Of a DNA stretch of 64,000 nt, positions 19,901 through 28,322 are shown in pieces. Each line of letters starts with the position of its first letter. Within the stretch, counting starts at the first letter, position 1. The translations under genes and the position numbers were made by a program. Under the pieces are notes generated by a model, which worked only from the letters and a program-made list of their open reading frames with translations, made no database searches and was not told where the DNA came from. The DNA comes from a virus (Duplodnaviria; Caudoviricetes): the IMG/VR virus record IMGVR_UViG_3300009037_000004, positions 1 to 64,000 of that record, one strand, 5' to 3'.

Positions 19901-22900
19901 CCCGACCGGCGATGATGTCGTCGTACTGTTTCCCGTTCAGCCCAGTGAGGGACTGCACTGCTCTCTCGAACAGAGGATTGGGGTACAGTTCGGGCAGGCG
20001 GATGTGAGACCACTTCGTCCCGCCGTTTCCACCCGTGATCTTCGGATCGAACAGGCCGTCCTTCTCCTCCTTCAGGTCTTTCGCGCGAACCCAGCGACCA
20101 GGATCTTTGATCTGGCCATTGCTCATCTCCTCTACCTGCTTGTCGGTGAAGGGGATGAGCTGAAGGTTGTTGCCATTCTTCTTGACGTTCACACCCAGCG
20201 TATTCAGGTACGCCATGAACTTGTTGTAGGCGAACGTCGGGCGTGGGGCTGGGAGGGGCTCGCCGGCCTGGAGGGCGGACCAGAAGGCATCACCCTGGGC
20301 AGCATCACTTTTGACCGTCTGCATCTCCCGCAGGTTCGCTTTAGCCCCGTGAGCCAGCATTGAGTAGAGGCCAAGCTGGCCCAGAGCTTGCGCGCCATGC
20401 GGACCGCCCCCACGGGGGACCAGGTTCGCGTCGTAGGCGTATCCTGGTCCACCGGCACGAGCAATCATTTTCTTCTCGACCTGGTGCTTGAGCTTGATGA
20501 TGTGCTGGGGGCCGACTGTCACATCCCCGTAGCTCTTCCCAGTCGTGGGATCAACAACCTCTTCCTTGTCACTCAGCCCATGGGCCTTGAGATCTGCTGT
20601 GACCTTTTCATGTAGGTCGGCATTGGGGGAGAAGTTCTTGATGACGTAAGGCTTGCCCGTCTTTTCTGCGATCTTACCTGCAGCCGTCTCCAAGATCTGT
20701 CCCAGGTTCGTTCGACCAACTACGCCAGTGGGGTTCAGCAAGATCTCGAGTGGCTTCCCGTCCTTCGTGTGAGGCATCTCGTGATCTGGGATGACTTTCG
20801 TAACAATGCCCTTGTTCCCATGCCTCCCGGCCAGCTTGTCCCCCAGCTCCATAGGCTCCAGAGTCCGAACGTGAACCACCGCCTGCCGACCACGCTTGAT
20901 GACTTCGGTCACCACCCCAGGCCGATCTGCCTCCCATTTTACACTGTCATCTTTGAACGGCCTGATTAGGGAACGGTGCATTCGGGCAAGGTCCTTGTCC
21001 TCAACCTGCTCTGTCTTCTTTCGCAGAGCGGCGATGAGCGTGTCACCGGGCATCACTTGAACACCTGGCTTGATCAGACCATCGGCGTCTAGCTTGGCGG
21101 CCTGCTCTCGAGTCAGGGCATTGGGGACGTACGCCTGGAACTTCTCCTTGCTCAGGGTGAGGTTCGGATCGATGGCGATGCTCTTCCGGTGAAGATGCTC
21201 GCTGGCAAGACGCTGAGCCGCGGTCTCGCTGATGACGACTCCATCATCGAAGTTGTAGCCCTTGTAGGGCATGTAGCCCACCCGGAGATTGGTCCCCAAA
21301 GCTAGGGTCCCGTTCCTGGTGAAGTTGGTGTCGGCGATCGGCTGACCCCTCTTCACCTTATCTCCGACCTTCACGATGGGCTCGGAGTGCAGGAAGGACT
21401 TGTCAGCATTCAGCGGGAAGTGATCGTAGATTTGATGCTCGATCCTCTTACCTTGAGCATCCTTGACGACGATGTGGTCCTTTCCTACCCTCACGACCTC
21501 GCCGGAGATTCTGGAGGCGTGACCAGCGAAGTTGCCCACGATCTCATCAAACGTATTCTTGGCTGCCCCACTCTGAACCAGTGGGGCCTGCCGGTCGGCT
21601 AGGGGGATGGCCTGCTCCATGTGCCGGCCGGCCATCGTGCTCCGATTCGGGTGGTCGGCAGCCATGAAAGGGATGAGGTTCGAGGCAATGGAAAACATCT
21701 GGAGAGGATCACGCATCACGTACTGCGCGTCTTTCAAGTTCCCCTCCACTATCTCGTTCCCCGGCGCGCTGATCTTCACCTTCCCAGTAGCTGTCGGCTT
21801 GCCATTCTTCCACTGAACCTGGTCGGGGAGAACGAAACTGGACGCCATCGCTTTCTCAGGATTGACGTCCTCCATTTTACCCGTCTTGAGGTTGCGCATC
21901 TTGACTACGACGTCGTGGCCTCGCTTCTTCACCCCCATCGGAAGGCGTAGCGTCACACCCGTGGCTTGGCCCTCGGGTGTATGGATGGGATCAAGGAAGC
22001 CAAGGTGCGATGGGTCAATCAACTTGGCCTCTTCCGAGATTCCGTGTCCACTCTTGATGCCACCCTCCCCCATGATGGTCGTCTTCATCTGGGCGGAGAG
22101 CATCTCCAGAGGGTTGGTCTGGTCTGGGATGTTCGCCAGCGTCGTGTAGTACATCGTCCGGACAGGCTTCTGGAAGACGTCAGGTCCGATAATCTCTCGG
22201 ACCTTCTTCTTGCGATCCAGACTGTTCTGGATTCGCTGCATGATCCTCCGTGACTGATCTTGAATCCGCTCGGACATGAAGTCCTCGACCGAGTGCAGAT
22301 TCTTGAACATGAGCGCGTCACGAGAGTCCGGCTGGGCCTTACCCTGGGAGACGTGCAGGAGCTTGGTCGCTGCATCCAGAAGCACCGGGCCGGTGACCTT
22401 GGTGTACTCCTTGCCCAACGTGAGGCGCGTGGTCTCCGGGAGAAGGCGCGTCCCATCCAGGGTCTCGCGAAGATGCTGACGGGCCTGCTCGAGGTTGTCC
22501 GGCTTCTTCCCCGTGGAGGCTTTGAAGAACTTCAGCAGGGCCTGCTCACCGCTCTTCTGATTGGAGCCTGCGATCTCCTTCCCCCAGCGTGCTTCGATCT
22601 CTTCCGGCGGAGTGCCGAGTTCATGCAGAAGCGGACGGAGTGGGATGTTGGACGTGCCATAGCCCATCGTGAACTGGCGAGACTGAGGATTGAAGTCTAG
22701 GCTGAAGCCTCTTCCCTTGGCCAGGTTGAACTGGGACTCGAGCTCTCCGTTGTCCTTCACCCGCGCGTAGACACCAGACTTCAACCTCCATTGGTTGTCG
22801 ATCTGGTACTCCTGCCCATCCACGATGTGGGAGAAACGACGAGTGGTCTTGGGGAGACTCAGGAGGTTGATCTTCTTCTGGTCGATGACCTTGCCCGATT

Positions 22901-23129
22901 CGTTATCCTTCAACGCAACTGTGGCCTCCACTGGAACCGACCATGACCGCCCCATGGTCTTCGCTTGCTTTTGGGAACGGATGTCATCGATGTGGAGGTT
23001 GTCGTTGACCTGAACATCCTTCAGCTCAAGAGTGTTCTTTTTCCCAATGACAGGGAACAGCCCGCCAATGGTCTGGGTCACACGATCTTTGAGGATCTGG
23101 AATCCCTCTTCCGGGGACAGACGTGCCAT
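16965..23129 (-). CDS. rpoBC: Single-chain fused beta-beta' DNA-directed RNA polymerase
   Basis: Beta motifs GYNFDD, GDKLAGRHGNKG, LLNPTGVVGRTNLGQ and TVKSD continue in one frame into beta' motifs PVIPPIMRP, RDPVLH, NADFDGD (18960-18980), the bridge helix GARKG and the trigger loop GERATQLAMKAFHTGG. Confidence 0.95.
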   Translation of the reverse strand: MARLSPEEGFQILKDRVTQTIGGLFPVIGKKNTLELKDVQVNDNLHIDDIRSQKQAKTMGRSWSVPVEATVALKDNESGKVIDQKKINLLSLPKTTRRFSHIVDGQEYQIDNQWRLKSGVYARVKDNGELESQFNLAKGRGFSLDFNPQSRQFTMGYGTSNIPLRPLLHELGTPPEEIEARWGKEIAGSNQKSGEQALLKFFKASTGKKPDNLEQARQHLRETLDGTRLLPETTRLTLGKEYTKVTGPVLLDAATKLLHVSQGKAQPDSRDALMFKNLHSVEDFMSERIQDQSRRIMQRIQNSLDRKKKVREIIGPDVFQKPVRTMYYTTLANIPDQTNPLEMLSAQMKTTIMGEGGIKSGHGISEEAKLIDPSHLGFLDPIHTPEGQATGVTLRLPMGVKKRGHDVVVKMRNLKTGKMEDVNPEKAMASSFVLPDQVQWKNGKPTATGKVKISAPGNEIVEGNLKDAQYVMRDPLQMFSIASNLIPFMAADHPNRSTMAGRHMEQAIPLADRQAPLVQSGAAKNTFDEIVGNFAGHASRISGEVVRVGKDHIVVKDAQGKRIEHQIYDHFPLNADKSFLHSEPIVKVGDKVKRGQPIADTNFTRNGTLALGTNLRVGYMPYKGYNFDDGVVISETAAQRLASEHLHRKSIAIDPNLTLSKEKFQAYVPNALTREQAAKLDADGLIKPGVQVMPGDTLIAALRKKTEQVEDKDLARMHRSLIRPFKDDSVKWEADRPGVVTEVIKRGRQAVVHVRTLEPMELGDKLAGRHGNKGIVTKVIPDHEMPHTKDGKPLEILLNPTGVVGRTNLGQILETAAGKIAEKTGKPYVIKNFSPNADLHEKVTADLKAHGLSDKEEVVDPTTGKSYGDVTVGPQHIIKLKHQVEKKMIARAGGPGYAYDANLVPRGGGPHGAQALGQLGLYSMLAHGAKANLREMQTVKSDAAQGDAFWSALQAGEPLPAPRPTFAYNKFMAYLNTLGVNVKKNGNNLQLIPFTDKQVEEMSNGQIKDPGRWVRAKDLKEEKDGLFDPKITGGNGGTKWSHIRLPELYPNPLFERAVQSLTGLNGKQYDDIIAGRAAIDPKTGKLSNNTDDHLTGGVAFEHLLKKIDPKAELEDAKKKLANPNLKGNRLDSANKKVRYLTALTEAGLHPKDAYLMRNVPVIPPIMRPVSQRPDGDLNFDDLNQMYKFIGISANKLEQLSPLMPPSEKHELRAEVYDHLKSLTGIGGYANRDFRGVLDILQGKRPEKEGGKGTGEKIGSPKEGFFQKKLTQRKQDLSMRSTIVPEPSLGLDELGIPRAAALELYKPFVIRELRGLTGISPLAAQKQVKEGGPLVQKALERVVESRPVLLKRDPVLHKYGIQAFKPKIVSGKAIQIHPLVTSGYNADFDGDAMSAFVPVMTDAVEEAKGMYPSRNLFNPSTGSLMYKPTLESQLGLYGLTKPGQKISKTFKTVVELESALRTGEVDSNHQVKVGTITANAGRFLIAGALPEAMRGDFLRSKDLLDKKGQDRLLTQVAQDHRNDYGTVVNKLKNLGNHWSTAKGFTLGMEDIRPERKMRDQVMAKADAAVAQISAKTDKERQAKTVQIYDRATQELQRRMDLLPEDSSNILVMKQAGVKASPETVRQIKASPMLIANAKGEIIPTPVRKSYAEGLDISDYWTSMSGARKGVIQKVQQVQEPGYISKQVMNSVMNNVVIDNDCGTTRGIALSVDEKDILDRHLASDIKAGKKVFKAGTLITPEVRSTLRNNKIGLVPVRSPLRCNHGPGVCQKCFGLNEEGRLPEPGTNVGVMAGQALGERATQLAMKAFHTGGTASSKEGLVDEFERVKHLLLFPKTLPGSATLSTASGKVEKIERDPAGGHNVYVGGKRHYVPQNRGVPQFGGKSLQTGMEVKKGMPLSGGPVNPHEMLPLTGVEPVQGYLSDALHGIYGPHGIRRRNTEVVVKALTNLTRIEDVGDHTGYLRGDFAPTSQVSNINRQLPKGKKPIVHQPVLKGVNVLPLDMQEDWIARLNHQNLSKTVIEAAQEGWTSKLHGKHPIPPVVHGADFGRGQKPWEY

Positions 23130-23192
23130 CTTCAGCAATCTCCCGAGTCTTCGAGAGTCCCAAGACTCTCTTCGGGTGTAGCTAGTATGACC

Positions 23193-23222
23193 AAGCTACC
23201 AGATCGCAGCGGGGCAAGGCAA
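23193..23222 (-). promoter_or_regulatory. Sigma70-like promoter upstream of the RNAP gene, TTGCCT-N18-TAGCTT
   Basis: Weaker match, but has the same 18-bp spacer as the promoters at 7723 and 31008. Confidence 0.4.
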
Positions 23223-23248
23223 ACGAAATCATGGCTCCGAGGGTTCCG

Positions 23249-23278
23249 GAAACGATCATCTCGGATTGGGTATAAGGA
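23249..23278 (+). promoter_or_regulatory. Putative phage-RNAP promoter, GAAACGATCATC-N8-GGTATAAG
   Basis: Shares the upstream AAACG(G)ATCATC element and the core with the copy at 48141-48169. Confidence 0.6.
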
Positions 23279-23325
23279 AGGTAAGAGGCAGAGCTGCTTA
23301 ACCTCGTAGCCAAAGGAGAAAGAGA

Positions 23326-23460
23326 ATGGGACCTGAGGACCAAGAAGAGTTCGATCACATTGATGGAGATTCCCTCTCCGACTTCCAGGAGTTGGTCGAT
23401 GACCAACTTGAGGGAGGGGATTCGGATGAGGGTGGATCTGACAGCGGGGACGAGGAGTGA
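23326..23460 (+). CDS. 44-aa highly acidic peptide
   Basis: AAAGGAG RBS; MGPEDQEEFDHIDGDSLSDFQELVDDQLEGGDSDEGGSDSGDEE has 19 D/E and no K/R. Confidence 0.6.
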   Translation: MGPEDQEEFDHIDGDSLSDFQELVDDQLEGGDSDEGGSDSGDEE

Positions 23461-23582
23461 TTTTCCAGATCTTCGTCCTGTCTTTCCTCGCCGCCTTCCT
23501 TGAGGAGGTGGCCGCCGGGCTCTACGTCGCAGTGAGCGAAGCGAGGGAGCTGAGGGACGGACGGAGAACTGGGGACCACTAG
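23457..23582 (+). CDS. 41-aa peptide with hydrophobic N-terminus
   Basis: GTGA overlap; MIFQIFVLSFLAAFLEEVAAGLYVAV...; fills the gap to the next RBS. Confidence 0.45.
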   Translation: MIFQIFVLSFLAAFLEEVAAGLYVAVSEARELRDGRRTGDH

Positions 23583-23593
23583 GAGGTTCCCGA

Positions 23594-24070
23594 ATGGAAG
23601 ACGGATGCTTCGTCATGAACCCCGATCATAGCTGTGCCTTTTGCGGAGAACCGTTCGGCATAGAAGATGAACGGGAGTTCGTGCTTGTTGAATCGGGGCA
23701 AATGACACCAATGCGGAAAGACCCGCATTGCCTTCGATTCAGCGCCGACCATTCCAGTGAGTACGACGCCAAACTCAGGCGCCACGCCGTACTGGAGTTC
23801 TACCACGCGGACTGTTTCATTGATCGATTTCTACGGTCCGAGTGGGGCGCCAATTCTCCAACCTCATGCGATCTGTGTGGGGTGGACTTCCGAAGGGTGC
23901 GATGGGCGTTTCGTGTGAGGTTGGGACGACAGGATTTCGAGACGGGGATTTTCGTGCCTCTTGAAGATCCCCGGAACGAGACAATCCTTTGCCCAGAGTG
24001 CATCACGGAGGGCTTTGGAGAGGGAGACACGGAGGAAGGTGAACTACTCTTGGGCTCTGTGAGGAGGTAA
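23594..24070 (+). CDS. Zn-finger protein
   Basis: AGGAGG RBS; CAFC, HADC, CDLC and CPEC motifs. Confidence 0.7.
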   Translation: MEDGCFVMNPDHSCAFCGEPFGIEDEREFVLVESGQMTPMRKDPHCLRFSADHSSEYDAKLRRHAVLEFYHADCFIDRFLRSEWGANSPTSCDLCGVDFRRVRWAFRVRLGRQDFETGIFVPLEDPRNETILCPECITEGFGEGDTEEGELLLGSVRR

Positions 24071-24073
24071 CCG

Positions 24074-24505
24074 ATGACAAAGCGGGGAACGGCCTTTGTT
24101 GCGGACCCCGCTCTAGGGATCTGCACACGAGACGATCTCGACCGGCTCTGCCACGTAGAGCTGGACGAGGAAGTCAACACGTATCTGGCGAGATTCTCCA
24201 ACTCGGGGTTGCAGCTAGTGGCCGTGAACCCGGATGGAGAGCGGCACGCCAGTCGCGACCGGCTGTGCTTCTGGTACCCAAAGCTCCGAGCTCTGGAGCT
24301 GAAGGGACGACTCGTCAACCCAGAGATGGGAAGTGAGGAGGCGAAGTTCCGGGAGCACTACCGATGGCTCAAGGATTACCGGGTGGCGGCCTACTCCTGC
24401 ATCAAGAAGCAGGAGGCACAGCTAGAGAAGGTGACGAGGGAGGAGGCGGAAGCTGTCGCTCGGCAACAAGAGTTCGAATGGGCTCAGATGAAGAAAGGTT
24501 GCTAA
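24074..24505 (+). CDS. Hypothetical protein
   Basis: GAGGAGG RBS; convergent with the portal gene. Confidence 0.65.
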   Translation: MTKRGTAFVADPALGICTRDDLDRLCHVELDEEVNTYLARFSNSGLQLVAVNPDGERHASRDRLCFWYPKLRALELKGRLVNPEMGSEEAKFREHYRWLKDYRVAAYSCIKKQEAQLEKVTREEAEAVARQQEFEWAQMKKGC

Positions 24506-26547
24506 AGCAACTGAGCCTCGGGACCCCGCCGCGCTGGCCTCTGCTCCGGCAGAGGCCGCGCGGCGGCGGCTCCGGCCTGCGAAGGGCCATTGGCGCCACT
24601 CATCATTAGCCCCAAGACGACATCGTGGAGCTGGGGCTGCATCTCCTTGAGCTGGGCCAGCGCCTGGGGCTTCTGGGAAGGATCGAGGGCACTGAGCTTG
24701 TCGGCAAGTCCCCTTCCCAACAACAGGAGATCGACGTTGCTCTTCCCAGCCAGGTCTTCTCCTGTGGCGGTAGGGGCTACCGGCTGAACCGACTGGAGCG
24801 TGAGGGGCGACTTGATAGCCGGTGGTGGTTCAAGTAGCTCCGGATGCCGAGGAAGCGGCTGCATCGCCGGGTCTGGAGGCGGGGCCTCTCCACCCTGCTG
24901 CGCCGCCATCTGTTGCTGCTGCATACCACTCTGCATCTGTCCCTGGAAGGCGGCCTGGTCCTTAGCCATCTCGTTCTGGATGGCCATCTGCTCCTTCATC
25001 TGCTGGCTCTGGGCTTTGTTCTGCCACTTCATCTGAACCATCCCCGCCTCACCCTGGATCTCCGCCTGGAGGAGCTGCTGCTTCTTCGTGGAGGAGGCTC
25101 GCCTGGTGGCCTCCCGCTCCATGATCTTGTCTTCCTTCTCCGCATCGAAGTCGGCGTCCGCCATCAGACTCTCATCAGAGAGCTTGTTGGCCTGGTTGAG
25201 CTGGAAGAGGTACGCCTTCCGCTGAAGATCGTCGGCCATCTTGAACGGCTTGAAACGAGCCCGGACTGGGGACCACCCGAGGTACGAGCTGGTCCGCTTG
25301 ATGACCCACTTCATCAGAGTGACATGGTCCTGGAGGTAACCGAGGAAGGTATTCTCCAGCATCCGGAGACTGACGTTGCTGCCCGAGTAGCTGATGCCCC
25401 CAAACACGAGCTCCACTGGGATACCCATGCCGATTACAATCTGCTCGGACTGATTCCGCATCTCCTGGCTGAGAAGGAGCGCACGCCCATCACCACCGAT
25501 GGTCTGGTTGCCCAGGGGCAGTGGCATGATCGGCATGTAGTTGTTGTCTGCCCTCCATCGCCGGATCTCTGAGGAGACCTGATCCCTCCAATCCTGGAGG
25601 TTGACGGAAGTGTAGGGGTCGGACGTGGCTGAGCCCGACTGCGGGAAGAGGATGCGGAGAGGCACGATGTGCTCGAGAGCGATGGCCTCCTGCGCCTTCC
25701 TCAAGATCTGGAGGTAGAAGGTATCCTTCAACACGGGCAGGATGTTCGGCGTTCCCCAGCCTCGGTCCTTCCCGGCCAAGGTCGGGCGCTTGAAGTGGTA
25801 GATGTTGTCGCGGCTAAAGACCACCGCCATCTTCTTCTTGAGCGCCTCCACAAAGATCTGGGGGACAGTCTCAACCGTGGACTTCTTCCCGATGATGATG
25901 TCGTTCTTCAGAATCGTGGGGATCTCGTAGTAGTACTCGTACTCCCCGGTCTCGTTGATGTAGCGCACATCCACGTCCTCGGGATTCCACCGCAGAAGAC
26001 GGATGCCCTTGGGCGCCTTGATGTAGTGATCGTGAACCTTGGCTGGACCGTGATGCCCGCACTTCGAGCAGGTGATAATGAACTCGTAGTTTTGGAAGCG
26101 GTACTCTGAGTCCCTAGCAGGCTTGGTGTGATCGCAGTTCGGGCACTTCAGCATCTTCACGAACGGGTAGAAGATCGAGACCAGAGCGTTGCCGTAGGTG
26201 TGGTAGTCCAGCCCAACCTCGATCTGGAAGGACCGGTAGCGGAGGTGGTCGAGCAGAAAGTCGTTCCACTGGGCCTTCAACTCCGGCCGCTCAGTATCGA
26301 AGATGATGTCGGTGATGGGGTACTCCGACATCTTGAAGACGACTGCGTTGATCAGCGGGTTGACAAGGAAGTAGTACCGGCACCACCGGAACATCATCTT
26401 CACGGTGGCGGGCATGTAGGTGTGTGCGATGTCGAAGAAGGGACTGGGGTACTGGAGACCGTAATCTCCCGTGCCGCCCATTCTCCCGCGCGTGCTGGAG
26501 AAGCGCAGAGCGCCTTGAGAGCCCGTCATTCCAGAGCTATCAGCCAT
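24502..26547 (-). CDS. Portal protein with Zn-ribbon insert and Gln-rich C-terminus
   Basis: WCRYYFLVNPLINAVV helix, GNALV, IYHFKR..GWGTP and MGIPVELVFGG..YS are typical of phage portals; CPNC...CSKC insert. Confidence 0.75.
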   Translation of the reverse strand: MADSSGMTGSQGALRFSSTRGRMGGTGDYGLQYPSPFFDIAHTYMPATVKMMFRWCRYYFLVNPLINAVVFKMSEYPITDIIFDTERPELKAQWNDFLLDHLRYRSFQIEVGLDYHTYGNALVSIFYPFVKMLKCPNCDHTKPARDSEYRFQNYEFIITCSKCGHHGPAKVHDHYIKAPKGIRLLRWNPEDVDVRYINETGEYEYYYEIPTILKNDIIIGKKSTVETVPQIFVEALKKKMAVVFSRDNIYHFKRPTLAGKDRGWGTPNILPVLKDTFYLQILRKAQEAIALEHIVPLRILFPQSGSATSDPYTSVNLQDWRDQVSSEIRRWRADNNYMPIMPLPLGNQTIGGDGRALLLSQEMRNQSEQIVIGMGIPVELVFGGISYSGSNVSLRMLENTFLGYLQDHVTLMKWVIKRTSSYLGWSPVRARFKPFKMADDLQRKAYLFQLNQANKLSDESLMADADFDAEKEDKIMEREATRRASSTKKQQLLQAEIQGEAGMVQMKWQNKAQSQQMKEQMAIQNEMAKDQAAFQGQMQSGMQQQQMAAQQGGEAPPPDPAMQPLPRHPELLEPPPAIKSPLTLQSVQPVAPTATGEDLAGKSNVDLLLLGRGLADKLSALDPSQKPQALAQLKEMQPQLHDVVLGLMMSGANGPSQAGAAAARPLPEQRPARRGPEAQLL

Positions 26548-27479
26548 CAGTATCCCACCGGTTGAGCTTCAGCCATCGGCTGGGTTTCGGCCGCAGGGAC
26601 CACGTGACCCCGTCGTTTGAAGACGGAGGCTCCCACATCCATCGCCTTCCCCGCCCCACCTAGAGTTCCTCCAATCCCATGCATGAGCATGCCTGGGGCG
26701 ACCATGCCTGGGGCGACCATGCCCGCGGTTGCCCGACCGATACCCCTCAACCCCGCCTCCATCCGACCGGGCTCTCCCTCTTGAGGCTTGTGGGTGAACC
26801 CCTTGACTGCCTCGTAGGCCCCCAAGCCCGTGAAGGCTTTACCCACAGGATCCATGCGCTGCCAACTCGACTTCAGGACATCTGGGGCGTTGAGCTTACC
26901 TGCCTCATTCTTGCTCAGCAGGCCGTGAAGCACCCCCGGCATGGACTTGTAGCCCTTCTGGAAATGCTCGATGTCCCCCTGGTGCATGGCCGTCCGCCGA
27001 GCCAGGTCGATTTCATCATATTTGGAGAGCTGCGTCTTGGGAAGTTTCCCACGCATCTTATTGATCGTCCGACCGACAATCCCCGGTTCCTTGAGGTAGT
27101 CTGCTGCAGCCGGAGTCGCACCAATGAGCCCTATCTCCTTCGCCTTCGCAAGCTGTTCCTCGGGAGTCTTGCCCAAACCCTGCCCGGTCAGATGGTATCG
27201 TTCACGTTGGAATAGGTTCCCTACTGATTTCTTGGCCGCCTCCCTACCACCTTGAGTCGCCAGGACCCCTCCGGCAGTCAGCCCACCGCCGACCAAGGCC
27301 CCACGAATCGCTTGACCAAGAGTGCTTCCCGGCCGCTGCTCCTCTCCCGAAAGACGATGTCGGGCTACATTGGCTAGCGCACCCAAACCTGCCCCGCCAG
27401 CGATGAGGCCACCATACCCACCCAGCTTGGTCAGTTCATCCACGAACGCGATCATCTGCCGAGGAGAGACATGCGTCAT
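26547..27479 (-). CDS. Putative packaged Gly-rich membrane-type protein with AFVDELTKLG leader
   Basis: Leader plus several glycine-zipper-like hydrophobic segments. Confidence 0.65.
   Translation of the reverse strand: MTHVSPRQMIAFVDELTKLGGYGGLIAGGAGLGALANVARHRLSGEEQRPGSTLGQAIRGALVGGGLTAGGVLATQGGREAAKKSVGNLFQRERYHLTGQGLGKTPEEQLAKAKEIGLIGATPAAADYLKEPGIVGRTINKMRGKLPKTQLSKYDEIDLARRTAMHQGDIEHFQKGYKSMPGVLHGLLSKNEAGKLNAPDVLKSSWQRMDPVGKAFTGLGAYEAVKGFTHKPQEGEPGRMEAGLRGIGRATAGMVAPGMVAPGMLMHGIGGTLGGAGKAMDVGASVFKRRGHVVPAAETQPMAEAQPVGY
26688..26723. repeat. 15-bp tandem repeat (CATGCCTGGGGCGAC x2.4) encoding GMVAP-GMVAP
   Basis: Exact in-frame duplication visible in the sequence. Confidence 0.8.
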
Positions 27480-28318
27480 TGAAGCAACCTCAACTGATCA
27501 CTGAGCTGTCGGTACCGCATGGCGAGGTAATCTGCTGCCAGCTTGAGCTTCGCCACCTGGATGTCCACAGCCGTCTCATGCAAGATCGGCTCGCCAGAGG
27601 CCGTCCATACTTGTGGTGGGAGTCTCATGATGGTTTGATACCTTGCCTGTACCGGTCCCACCAATTCCTCCCCTACCTTCAGCTCTCTTAGCAGTTGTAC
27701 TATCTCATCCTGACAAAAAGCAACGGGGTTGGCAGCGTAGAACACACCCTCGTCCACCATGCACGACGCCACCCAACCCTGGACTTCCTGAGAGAACGTC
27801 TCTCCTCCCCGCACCATGTCCGCGATCTCGACAGCGTTGAAAAGCTGCGCGAGCGAGGGTTTCTGAATCACTAGGAAGTCTGGGATGTTGTTGTTCAGAG
27901 CTTGAGTGATCCAGCAGAAGACTTCCCACTTCGTCCAGAACCACTCGTTGATGTGGAGTGTCCTGATGGCCTGGATCTTGGCGCAGGTGTGGTCACTGAT
28001 TGAGGGTACATGGAAGTCGTCTTTGATCTCCCGCCAGAGAGTCTGCGGATCCCAGGTGAACCAGTCCAGATCGTAACGGGCAAGGAGAGCAACGTCGAAG
28101 ACCACTGGATGGGTGTCATGGTGCACGAAGAGATTGCGCTTGGTGATAGGCGCGAACTCAACGTGCGACTTCTCAACAGCCGGATCAGGTTGACCGGCGG
28201 TCTCTACATGATCTGCGTTGGAATCGGCGTCCTCAACGGCCGGGAAGGTCGAAGAGGTATCTATCCGCTGGCCAATCTTCTCGAGAAGGACCAGCAGTTT
28301 TTCTTCATGCGTCGGCAC
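27476..28318 (-). CDS. Hypothetical virion-operon protein
   Basis: Start moved to GTG (MPTHEEKLLVLLEKIG) just after the upstream stop. Confidence 0.6.
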   Translation of the reverse strand: MPTHEEKLLVLLEKIGQRIDTSSTFPAVEDADSNADHVETAGQPDPAVEKSHVEFAPITKRNLFVHHDTHPVVFDVALLARYDLDWFTWDPQTLWREIKDDFHVPSISDHTCAKIQAIRTLHINEWFWTKWEVFCWITQALNNNIPDFLVIQKPSLAQLFNAVEIADMVRGGETFSQEVQGWVASCMVDEGVFYAANPVAFCQDEIVQLLRELKVGEELVGPVQARYQTIMRLPPQVWTASGEPILHETAVDIQVAKLKLAADYLAMRYRQLSDQLRLLQ

Positions 28319-28322
28319 TCGA

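Noticed and set aside
16965-23129. Host chromosomal rpoBC
   Set aside because: No ribosomal protein neighbours, much shorter and more diverged than cellular subunits, and flanked by phage structural genes.
23140-23200. N4-type hairpin promoters upstream of the RNAP gene
   Set aside because: Two short stems exist (GAGTCTT/AAGACTC and GTAGCT/AGCTAC), but they are not repeated at other operon starts and have no conserved loop.
26688-26723. 15-bp tandem repeat as a regulatory or CRISPR-like repeat
   Set aside because: Only 2.4 copies, in frame and without spacers; a simple coding duplication.
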